A stretch of DNA of 17,847 nt from a bacterium (GCA_046758365.1 JBHIAC010000058.1:1-17847), one strand, 5' to 3'; positions 6,985 through 15,052 are shown, numbered from the stretch's first letter. Notes: a model not told the origin generated them from the sequence alone. A program made the numbers and translations.

Positions 6985-9921
6985 ATGAACCAGCTCAACA
7001 TAGATTTTACCCCCACGAAAATTTTGGATGGACTAAACCTCGAACAGCAGGAAGCAGTGCAGCACGACCAGGGCCCTCTGCTTATTGTAGCAGGAGCCGG
7101 TACCGGAAAAACCAAAGTCATCACCCACCGAATAGCTTACCTCATTGCCTCGAAAAAGGCCAAGCCCGATGAAATTCTGGCTTTGACCTTCACCGACAAA
7201 GCCGCCACTGAAATGGAAGAACGGGTGGACCTCTTGCTTCCTTATGGCTTTGCTGCGGTTTGGATATCTACTTTTCATGCTTTTGGCGATAGGATCTTGA
7301 GAGAATATGCCTTGGATTTGGGGATGACTACCGATTTCCAGGTTCTCTCAAGACCAGAACAGATAATTTTTTTTAAGGAGCGTTTGTTTGATTTTCCATT
7401 AAATTACTATCGTCCACTGGGAAATCCCGATAAATTTATCGATTCCATCATTGGGCTTTTTAGTCGGGCAAAGGACGAGGATGTTACGCCAGAAGAATAT
7501 TTGAGCCACGCAGAAACCTTAAAAGCACAAACTGAAACTGAACCCGAAAATCAAGAATTGGCGGAATTGACAGCGCAGCAAATGGAGCTGGCACAAACCT
7601 ATTTCAAATACCAAGAGCAGTTAGCTGCCCAAGGCAAAATGGATTTCGGAGACCAGATTACTCTGGTTGTGAAATTATTTCGGGAACACCCACTGGCTCT
7701 TAAACAGATTCAAGACCGCTTCAAATATATTCTGGTGGATGAATTCCAGGACACAAATTATGCGCAATTTCAACTGGTGCGTCTTTTAGCCCAGCATCAC
7801 CAAAACATCACCGTGGTTGCTGATGACGACCAATCCATATATAAATTTCGTGGGGCGGCTATTAGCAATATTTTGAATTTCACCAAGGTCTACCCTAAAG
7901 CCAAACTGGTCGTACTCACTCAAAACTACCGCTCCACTCAGGTGATTTTAGATGCGGCTTACAAACTCATCAGCCACAACAACCCAGACCGTCTGGAAGT
8001 AAAAAACAAAATTAATAAAAAACTTTTAGCCCAAATCCCTGGTGAAAAAGTTGTAGAGCATCTGCATTATGACACGTTGACAAGCGAAGCCGAGGGTGTG
8101 GCAAAACTTATTCAGGAAAAAGTTAATGCAGGAGTCTACCGTTACAAAGAGTTTGCCATTCTGGTGCGGGCCAACAACGACGCAGATCGGTTTTTACGTA
8201 CCTTACATTATTACGGCGTTCCCTTCCACTTCACGGGTAATCGTGGCTTGTACCAGAGAGAGGAGATTCGCCTGCTCATTGCCTTCTTACGAGCCATGAG
8301 TAATTTCAAAGATTACATAAGTCTGTACCATTTAGCCATCTCAGATGTTTACCGATTTCCTATGCAAGATATCACATTATGTTTAAATGTAGCAGATCGA
8401 AAAAATAGAACCTTGTATCATGTACTTAATCATCTTGAATATTATCCGGAGTTAGAAGAACTCAGCCCAGAAAGTTTGGTGACTTTGAGAAAGCTTTTGG
8501 CAGACCTGGATAAATTCTTGAAGCTTTCTCGGAGTGAACCGACTTACGTAGTATTGTATCGTTTCTTAAAGGACAGCGGATATTTGGAACAACTCACGGC
8601 TGAGGACTCCATCGAATCGGAACTAAAAATTCAGAACCTCGCCAAATTTTTTAATCTTGTTAGAAACTATTCCGAAATCACCGGCAAAGACCGAATCCAT
8701 GAATTCATCAAACATCTAGACGCTTTGATAGAGGCTGGTGATGATCCCTCCACCGCCGAAGCAGATACCGATGAAGATGCGGTGAATATTCTTACTTATC
8801 ATAAAGCCAAGGGACTGGAATTTCCCGTGGTTTTTATGGTCAGCCTGGTGCACCAGAAATTCCCCACTCGTCGGCGCAGCGAACCTTTGGATTTGCCCGA
8901 TGAATTGATAAAAGATCTGCTGCCTGCGGGTGATTTTCATTTGCAGGAAGAAAGACGCTTGTTTTATGTTGGTATGACCCGCGCCCAAAAAGAGCTTTAT
9001 TTCACAAGTGCCCGAGACTATGGCGGCAGCCGGCCTCGAAAGATCAGCCAGTTTGTGCTAGAAGCCTTGGACAAGCCCCGTACGGATGATCAGTACACTA
9101 AGACCTCTCCTTTAGAAGCCATTGAGCGATTCGCTCCTATGACTAATGAATCGTCTCAGGCGCCAGGACAAATTCCTGATAACGAAGTAATAAGTCTAAG
9201 TCATTACCAGATTGACGATTATTTAACCTGTCCTCTCAAATACAAATATGTCCACATTTTGAAAGTACCTATCCTACTTCATCACACAGTCATTTACGGC
9301 CGAGCCATCCATGAAGCCGTGAAGGAATATCATCGGAGAAAAATGAGTGGACGCGAAGTTACCGTAGAAGACCTCATCAAAGTATTTGAGAAAAACTGGA
9401 TAAATGAAGGATTTCTTACACGCGAACATGAGGAAGAACGGCTCAGGGCAGGCCGAGAAGCGCTGGCCCGATTTTATGAAGAACAAGAAGCCTCTGAGTG
9501 GAAACCTACCTATATTGAAAAGGATTTTAGCTTTCTTTTGGAAAACAATCGTATCGTTGGGCGCTGGGACCGGGTAGATATTAGAAATGGCGACGTTTAC
9601 ATTGTGGACTTCAAATCCTCGGAGGTACAGACCCAGGATGCCGCTGATAAGCGTACCAAGGACAGTCTACAGTTGTATATTTATGCGCTGGCTTATCAAA
9701 AAACCGAAGGTCAGATGGTCAAGGCCGTGGAACTTCATTTTATTGACACGGGTCTCGTGGGTAGGACTGAAGTAACAGAAAAGAGAATTGCAAAATTTAT
9801 CGAAAAAATAAAAGAAGCAGCAAAAGGAATTCGTTTCCGAGACTATACTCCGAAACCAAATCTCATGGTTTGTAAATATTGTGCGTTTTCTGAGGTATGT
9901 CCAGCTACTGCGGTAAAGTAG
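6985..9921 (+). CDS. ATP-dependent SF1A (UvrD/PcrA-like) DNA helicase fused to a C-terminal PD-(D/E)XK nuclease with a four-Cys Fe-S motif (AdnAB/AddAB-subunit-like)
   Basis: Helicase motifs LNLEQQEAV, AGAGTGKT, TFTDKAA, TFHAFG, VDEFQD, DDDQSIYKFRGA, QNYRST, TYHKAKGLEF and EERRLFYVGMTRA. Nuclease motifs YLTCPLKY, GRWDRVD, IVDFKS, QLYIY and CKYCAFSEVC. ATG 6985 is preferred over TTG 6943. Confidence 0.93.
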   Translation: MNQLNIDFTPTKILDGLNLEQQEAVQHDQGPLLIVAGAGTGKTKVITHRIAYLIASKKAKPDEILALTFTDKAATEMEERVDLLLPYGFAAVWISTFHAFGDRILREYALDLGMTTDFQVLSRPEQIIFFKERLFDFPLNYYRPLGNPDKFIDSIIGLFSRAKDEDVTPEEYLSHAETLKAQTETEPENQELAELTAQQMELAQTYFKYQEQLAAQGKMDFGDQITLVVKLFREHPLALKQIQDRFKYILVDEFQDTNYAQFQLVRLLAQHHQNITVVADDDQSIYKFRGAAISNILNFTKVYPKAKLVVLTQNYRSTQVILDAAYKLISHNNPDRLEVKNKINKKLLAQIPGEKVVEHLHYDTLTSEAEGVAKLIQEKVNAGVYRYKEFAILVRANNDADRFLRTLHYYGVPFHFTGNRGLYQREEIRLLIAFLRAMSNFKDYISLYHLAISDVYRFPMQDITLCLNVADRKNRTLYHVLNHLEYYPELEELSPESLVTLRKLLADLDKFLKLSRSEPTYVVLYRFLKDSGYLEQLTAEDSIESELKIQNLAKFFNLVRNYSEITGKDRIHEFIKHLDALIEAGDDPSTAEADTDEDAVNILTYHKAKGLEFPVVFMVSLVHQKFPTRRRSEPLDLPDELIKDLLPAGDFHLQEERRLFYVGMTRAQKELYFTSARDYGGSRPRKISQFVLEALDKPRTDDQYTKTSPLEAIERFAPMTNESSQAPGQIPDNEVISLSHYQIDDYLTCPLKYKYVHILKVPILLHHTVIYGRAIHEAVKEYHRRKMSGREVTVEDLIKVFEKNWINEGFLTREHEEERLRAGREALARFYEEQEASEWKPTYIEKDFSFLLENNRIVGRWDRVDIRNGDVYIVDFKSSEVQTQDAADKRTKDSLQLYIYALAYQKTEGQMVKAVELHFIDTGLVGRTEVTEKRIAKFIEKIKEAAKGIRFRDYTPKPNLMVCKYCAFSEVCPATAVK

Positions 9922-10057
9922 GAACTTAATATTCATTCTTCAAAAGCACAAAAATTTCACCCAATTTTTGAATTTGGAATGAGTCGCACATCATTCAGAA
10001 TGAATCATAAATTTTCTCTTGACCAAAGTAAATCCTATATCTACTGGATTTTTTAAT

Positions 10058-10864
10058 ATGGCAAAATTAGACTACAAATACAAAAAATTAAAAAGCCAAT
10101 TAAAAAAACTCAACTCATTAATGGTTGCCTTTTCAGGAGGTATTGACAGCGCGTTACTACTGAGAGTGGCCCATGAAGTTCTCAGAGATAAAGTTTTAGC
10201 CGTCACCGCTGACTCCCCATCGGTACCAAGAAGAGAAATAGAGGAAGCAAAAAGAATCGCCAAAAATATTGGTGCCAGGCATTTAATCATTCAGACAGAA
10301 GAGACAAAAAATGAAAATTATATTAAAAATCCAGCGAACCGGTGTTATTTCTGTAAGTCGGAATTATATTCAAAATTATTAGAAATTGCCAAAAGAGAAA
10401 AGATACACTACATTGCTAATGGCACCAATTTTGATGATTTAGGAGATTACAGACCGGGTTTGCAAGCTGCTCGAGAATATCAAATCATCAGTCCATTAAA
10501 GGAGGCAAATTTGACCAAAAATGATATAAGAGCACTAGCCAAACAACTTAAATTGAGAATTTGGGACAAACCCGCCAGCCCTTGTTTGTCTTCCAGAATT
10601 CCATACGGAAGTAAAGTGACACGAAAAAAACTAGTCATGATTGAAGAAGCTGAGGCTTTCATAAAGAGTCTGAACATTAAGGAATTGCGGGTTAGACATT
10701 TTGGTAAGAAAGCAAGAATAGAAACTAACAAAAGAGATTTTGAAATTATAAATCAAAATTTTCAATTAATCACAAATAAATTTAAAACCATCGGATTTAA
10801 TGAAATCGAACTTATTGAATTTAAAAGTGGCTCTCTGAATTCGTTGTTAAAAGTAATTTCTTAA
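10058..10864 (+). CDS. larE: ATP-dependent sulfur transferase of NPN cofactor biosynthesis
   Basis: PP-loop VAFSGGIDS, NPANRCYFCK, GTNFDDLGDYRPGLQAARE, WDKPASPCLSSRIPYG and LRVRH; adjacent to larB and larC. ATG 10058 is preferred over TTG 10019. Confidence 0.93.
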   Translation: MAKLDYKYKKLKSQLKKLNSLMVAFSGGIDSALLLRVAHEVLRDKVLAVTADSPSVPRREIEEAKRIAKNIGARHLIIQTEETKNENYIKNPANRCYFCKSELYSKLLEIAKREKIHYIANGTNFDDLGDYRPGLQAAREYQIISPLKEANLTKNDIRALAKQLKLRIWDKPASPCLSSRIPYGSKVTRKKLVMIEEAEAFIKSLNIKELRVRHFGKKARIETNKRDFEIINQNFQLITNKFKTIGFNEIELIEFKSGSLNSLLKVIS

Positions 10865-10915
10865 ATTAAAAAAAGGAAAACACCGAATTATTCAAATAAT
10901 ATAATGGGTGGTTCA

Positions 10916-11665
10916 ATGTACAAAGAAAAAATAAAAGAAATATTATTAACACTAAAGAATCATCAAATTTCAGTAGAGGAAGCTCTGAAAAAATTAGAAA
11001 ATCTCCCATACGAGGATTTAGGATTTGCCAATATCGACCACCACAGAGCTTTAAGAAAGGGCTTTCCAGAAGTTGTCTACTGCCAGAATAAACGGCCAGA
11101 ACAAGTGTTGGAGATTATAAAAAAAATAGCCGAACATAATGACGTGTTAGCCACCCGAGCTTCAGGAGAAATTTATGATTCAGTTAAAGAAGTGGTCAGA
11201 AACGCCGAGTACAACGAAATTTCTAAATCTATTATAGTTAAACATAGAAATATAGCAAGCAGAAATTTAAATAGTAATAAAATTTTAGTGATTAGCGCTG
11301 GAACATCCGACATCCCTGTGGCAGAAGAAGCCGTGGTAACAGCCGAAGTCATGGGTAACGCCGTTGAAAGACTTTATGATGTCGGAGTAGCTGGCATTCA
11401 TCGATTATTTAATAATAAAGAAAAAATAGAAGAGGCAAATGTTCTCATCATCGTGGCAGGCATGGACGGGGTCTTGCCCTCAGTTGTTTCGGGGCTAGTA
11501 GAGAAACCTGTCATTGCGGTTCCCACTTCCGTGGGCTATGGAGCAAGTTTCCAAGGCGTTGGACCTTTGCTTACTATGTTAAATGCTTGTGCTCCGGGAA
11601 TCACGGTCGTGAACATCGATAACGGATTTGGCGCTGGTTATTTTGCATCGTTAATTAATAATTAA
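10916..11665 (+). CDS. larB: Pyridinium-3,5-biscarboxylic acid mononucleotide synthase (PurE-like NPN biosynthesis carboxylase/hydrolase)
   Basis: DLGFANIDHHRALRKGFPEVVY, AGTSDIPVAEEA, DVGVAGIHRL, VAGMDGVLPSVV, PVIAVPTSVGYGA and LNACAPGITVVNIDNGFGA. The start may instead be ATG 10904. Confidence 0.94.
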   Translation: MYKEKIKEILLTLKNHQISVEEALKKLENLPYEDLGFANIDHHRALRKGFPEVVYCQNKRPEQVLEIIKKIAEHNDVLATRASGEIYDSVKEVVRNAEYNEISKSIIVKHRNIASRNLNSNKILVISAGTSDIPVAEEAVVTAEVMGNAVERLYDVGVAGIHRLFNNKEKIEEANVLIIVAGMDGVLPSVVSGLVEKPVIAVPTSVGYGASFQGVGPLLTMLNACAPGITVVNIDNGFGAGYFASLINN

Positions 11666-11753
11666 TAAAGATTCTTCAATATCCAGCGTCGATCATTCAA
11701 AATGTATCCAGTCTAATTTAACTCAACTTTTTAAAATTTGACTATAAGCAGTC

Positions 11754-12911
11754 ATGTCTAAAATCGCATACTTTGATTGTTTCTCCGGAATCAGCGGAGA
11801 CATGATAATTGGGGCATTGTTAGATGCTGGATTAGATTTTAATATCTTAAGAAAAGAATTAAACAAAATACATCTCAAAAATTTTGAGATTGATTCAGAA
11901 AAGGTGGTTAAAAATAACCTTGCTGCCACCAAGTTTAAAGTCTCAAGTAAGGATGAAAAAATCTACGAACATCTGGGAGCTTTAAACCGAATGGTAGAAA
12001 AATCTAACTTAGAGGAAGAAATCAAAACTAACGCAAAAAAAATATTCCTGAAGATAGCCAAAGCAGAAGCAAAAATTCATAATCAACCCTTAGAAAAAAT
12101 TCATTTCCATGAAATTGGCGTCATCGATACCATCATTGACGTGGTAGGAGCTTTGGTTGGCTTTAAGTTGCTCGGGATAGAAAAAATATATTGCTCAAAA
12201 CTGAATGTCGGTTCTGGTTTTGTGGAATTCTCGCATGGTAAATTTCCAGTGCCAGCCCCAGCTACTGCCGAAATTTTAATAGGCATTCCCATATATTCAA
12301 CAGATTCAGATGCAGAACTGGTCACCCCCACTGGAGCGGCCATTATAACCACAGTAGCCAAGGAATTCGGCGATATGCCAGCGATGAAAACCGAAAGCAT
12401 CGGTTATGGCGCCGGCACTAGAGATTTAAAACAGCCCAATGTGTTGCGAATTTTTATTGGGTATTCGAAAGCTTCTGAGGGCGAGATTATTTATACTATT
12501 GAAACAAATATCGACGACATGAATCCCCAGATCTACGGGTATGTCATGGAAAAACTCCTCCAAAATGGGGCTTTGGATGTGTATCTCACAAATATATTAA
12601 TGAAAAAAAACCGTCCCGCTATTAAACTCACCGTATTATCAAATACCGAAGATAAAGAGAAGCTAATCAAGATTATTTTGGAAGAAACTACCAGTCTCGG
12701 CGTGAGAATAAGACAAGAAAATAGAACAATTCTTGAAAGAGAAATTAAGGCAGTGGAGACTCCATTTGGTAAAGTAAAAGTTAAAATTGCAAAATTAAAT
12801 GGGGAAATTGTCAATACCATGCCCGAATATGAGGACTGCAAAAGAATCGCCAAAGAGAAGAATATTCCACTCAAACAAGTTTATAGTGAATTTAAAAATC
12901 TAAATTATTAA
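11754..12911 (+). CDS. larC: CTP-dependent nickel insertase (cyclometallase) of NPN biosynthesis, single ORF
   Basis: YFDCFSGISGDM, AEAKIH...IHFHEIG, HGKFPVPAPAT, ELVTPTGAA, GYGAG, ETNIDDMNPQ, MKKNRP, ETTSLGVR and PEYEDC. Confidence 0.95.
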   Translation: MSKIAYFDCFSGISGDMIIGALLDAGLDFNILRKELNKIHLKNFEIDSEKVVKNNLAATKFKVSSKDEKIYEHLGALNRMVEKSNLEEEIKTNAKKIFLKIAKAEAKIHNQPLEKIHFHEIGVIDTIIDVVGALVGFKLLGIEKIYCSKLNVGSGFVEFSHGKFPVPAPATAEILIGIPIYSTDSDAELVTPTGAAIITTVAKEFGDMPAMKTESIGYGAGTRDLKQPNVLRIFIGYSKASEGEIIYTIETNIDDMNPQIYGYVMEKLLQNGALDVYLTNILMKKNRPAIKLTVLSNTEDKEKLIKIILEETTSLGVRIRQENRTILEREIKAVETPFGKVKVKIAKLNGEIVNTMPEYEDCKRIAKEKNIPLKQVYSEFKNLNY

Positions 12912-13034
12912 TTTCATGCATTGTTCAGCCTGTAATTCAACCATAGAACAATCCCCGTTTATTATTCCAGTATATATAGAATTTTTGCAAAAAAAACAAA
13001 AATTTGATTGGTTAATATTATAAATAGTTTTTGC

Positions 13035-13063
13035 TTGCATTTTAATCTAACAGTATTTATATT
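13035..13063 (+). promoter_or_regulatory. Candidate sigma70 promoter for the uORF and metal-uptake operon
   Basis: TTGCAT (13035-13040), 17 nt, TATATT (13058-13063), 66 nt upstream of ATG 13130. Confidence 0.55.
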
Positions 13064-13129
13064 CCGTTTAACTTTAATATTTTCACTTTATAATAATAAA
13101 AATCTATTACGATTGTTAGAGTAACTCAA

Positions 13130-13474
13130 ATGAAAGAAAATGGGAGAAAATTTACTGCCGTTTTTCTATCCTGTATTTTTCTAATACTCAGCGTGGCTGC
13201 TGAATTTTCTCATCACCACAACGGTTTCCAAAATGGACAGCCAACTATTACAAAGAGTGATTTTGAATTTGATGAGATAAAAACAAATCAGAAACACAGT
13301 TTTATCTGTTTGGCCTGTTTGTACGGCCTAAATCAATTAGCACCTGCTTTATCGTTTCAAACATTAAAGCCCAATCAAGAATCCCTTTTTACTACTTTTA
13401 AGGATTCTACATTTTACTTCGTCTTCCTTACTACGCATTTCTACCTGCGGGCACCACCCATTCAATTCTCCTAA
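13130..13474 (+). CDS. DUF2946/CruR-like regulatory upstream ORF: signal-like segment, HHH, CxxC and C-terminal RAPP arrest motif
   Basis: Hydrophobic FTAVFLSCIFLILSVAA; HHH at 13211-13219; HxxxCLAC with Cys codons at 13307 and 13316; RAPP at 13448-13459, four codons before the stop. It lies directly upstream of metal-transport genes. Confidence 0.8.
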   Translation: MKENGRKFTAVFLSCIFLILSVAAEFSHHHNGFQNGQPTITKSDFEFDEIKTNQKHSFICLACLYGLNQLAPALSFQTLKPNQESLFTTFKDSTFYFVFLTTHFYLRAPPIQFS

Positions 13475-13564
13475 TATTTTCGATCGTAAAATTATTGTAT
13501 TTCAACTAATTGGGTTTTCACGTCACCTTTTGTACGTAGTACAACTTATTTTGGCGAAAAGGAG
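13468..13564 (+). promoter_or_regulatory. Putative anti-Shine-Dalgarno structure coupling the uORF to the next gene
   Basis: CTCC (13468-13471) and TTTTCG (13477-13482) are complementary to CGAAAA (13555-13560) and GGAG (13561-13564), the SD region of ATG 13573. An internal hairpin TTGTAC-GTA-GTACAA (13530-13544) lies between. Paired by eye, not folded computationally. Confidence 0.5.
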
Positions 13565-13572
13565 TGTAGAGT

Positions 13573-14937
13573 ATGTCAGTCACAATCTTAATCTATTCGA
13601 TGTTAATAATATTTCTCTCGATAAATTTGCAAAATTCAGCCTTTGGGCAAGCGCAAGATAAAAATGAAGCTGGTGAAGTGCAAAAACTCAAAGAAAAAGT
13701 GGCTGAATTGGAAAAAACAATTTCCAGTTTGAAAGAACAATTAAGTCTTTTGACAAATGAAAGTATAACAGATTCGGTTGATTCTGATGAAAGTGATTTA
13801 GAGAAAGAGCTAGCCAAAGAATTGGGTGTGACAGCGCCAGAAGTCTCATCACAACCCACACCTCAGCAAACACAAAAAGCTCAAACTCCATCCTATCCAG
13901 GCAGAAGAAGTCTTTTCCAAAATATGAATCCAAATATCAGCGTCATCGGGACGATTTTGGGCAGCGGGACTTCCCTGGAATTGGAAGATCGAAATGTTGA
14001 TCTCAGTTTTGAGGAAGGAGAGTTTTCTTTTCAGGCCGTGGTGGACCCTTATGCCAAGGCAGATTTTTTTATTTCCTTTGCCAAGCCTAATGAATCCACT
14101 TTGACCCCAGAAGCAGTAGACAGCGAGGAAGCGGGGGGCGGTTTAGAGCCGGAAATTGAAGAGGCCTTTGTAACCATTTTGTCACTGCCTTTCTCAACGC
14201 AACTTAAGGCGGGTAAATTTCGGAGTAAATTTGGCAAAATCAATGAAACGCATCCTCATGCCTATAATTTTATAAACCTGCCGCTCATATACACCAATTT
14301 TTTCGGTGCAGAAGGTTTGAATGATGAAGGAGCATCCTTGAGCTGGCTAGTGCCCAATAGCGCCTTTTTTCAGGAATTGACCATTCAAGTCACCAGCGGT
14401 CCCGAGGAAAATGCCAGTTTTAGCCGGGCGGATGATAATCATCTTCTATATTTAGCTCATCTAAAAAACCTATTCGAGCTAAACGAGAACACAACCATGG
14501 AATTGGGGGTTACTGGCTTAACCGGACCACACAATTCCGCGGGTAAGTCTACTCAGATTTATGCTGCTGATTTAACCTTTAAATGGAAGCCAATTAGATA
14601 CAACCGCTACAAATCTTTTGAATTTATGAACGAGTTTTTAGTGAGTAAGCGAAACGATGTAGTAAAAGATGTCACAAGTTTTGGCTTCTATTCTTTTTTG
14701 AGATATCAACTTGCCAAACGCTGGTTTGTTGGTGCAATGTATGACTATTCGGAATTTCCCGAGTTTGACAATTTTCATCATCAAGCCTTTTCTGGGATTT
14801 TACAATTTTTTACCACAGAATTTCAAAAATTTGAAATTCAATATCGATACAATCAAGGGGACTTTTTTGACAATTTTAGCGATTTCAAAGTTCGAGCGGT
14901 GTTTGTGATTGGTGCCCACGGAGCTCATCAATACTAA
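13573..14937 (+). CDS. Putative outer-membrane metal-uptake beta-barrel (porin-like) with an N-terminal coiled coil and His motifs
   Basis: AAGGAG SD; signal peptide ending AFG/Q; coiled coil (EVQKLKEKVAELEKTISSLKEQL); acidic/Pro/Gln linker; NPNISVI, EEAFV, LKAGKFRSKFGKINETHPH; amphipathic strands; C-terminal IGAHGAHQY. No TonB plug motifs. Confidence 0.72.
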   Translation: MSVTILIYSMLIIFLSINLQNSAFGQAQDKNEAGEVQKLKEKVAELEKTISSLKEQLSLLTNESITDSVDSDESDLEKELAKELGVTAPEVSSQPTPQQTQKAQTPSYPGRRSLFQNMNPNISVIGTILGSGTSLELEDRNVDLSFEEGEFSFQAVVDPYAKADFFISFAKPNESTLTPEAVDSEEAGGGLEPEIEEAFVTILSLPFSTQLKAGKFRSKFGKINETHPHAYNFINLPLIYTNFFGAEGLNDEGASLSWLVPNSAFFQELTIQVTSGPEENASFSRADDNHLLYLAHLKNLFELNENTTMELGVTGLTGPHNSAGKSTQIYAADLTFKWKPIRYNRYKSFEFMNEFLVSKRNDVVKDVTSFGFYSFLRYQLAKRWFVGAMYDYSEFPEFDNFHHQAFSGILQFFTTEFQKFEIQYRYNQGDFFDNFSDFKVRAVFVIGAHGAHQY

Positions 14938-15052
14938 AACAATGTGTGAAAGTTTTAGTGTGTTTAAGGATTAAGATGTGAAAATAATTACTCAAACACA
15001 TTCTAAAATATTAGAGCAAACAATTTTAAATTACACTAAGAGAGGTAAAAAA

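Noticed and set aside
9190..9921. Cas4-like nuclease domain as a sign of a CRISPR or defence locus
   Set aside because: There is no repeat-spacer array or cas gene in the window, and the domain is explained as an AddB/AdnA-type nuclease fused to the helicase.
11666..11753. Short imperfect direct repeat (TTCAA...TATCCAG twice) between larB and larC
   Set aside because: Only two short copies, not distinguishable from chance.
12600..12615. A8 run in larC as a possible programmed frameshift, by analogy to split larC1/larC2
   Set aside because: larC is one uninterrupted ORF with both domains, and the run simply encodes the conserved MKKxRP motif.
12981..13045. TTTTTGCAAAAA palindrome upstream of the uORF promoter as a Zur/Fur box
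   Set aside because: Low-complexity AT sequence that does not match a box I can identify with confidence.
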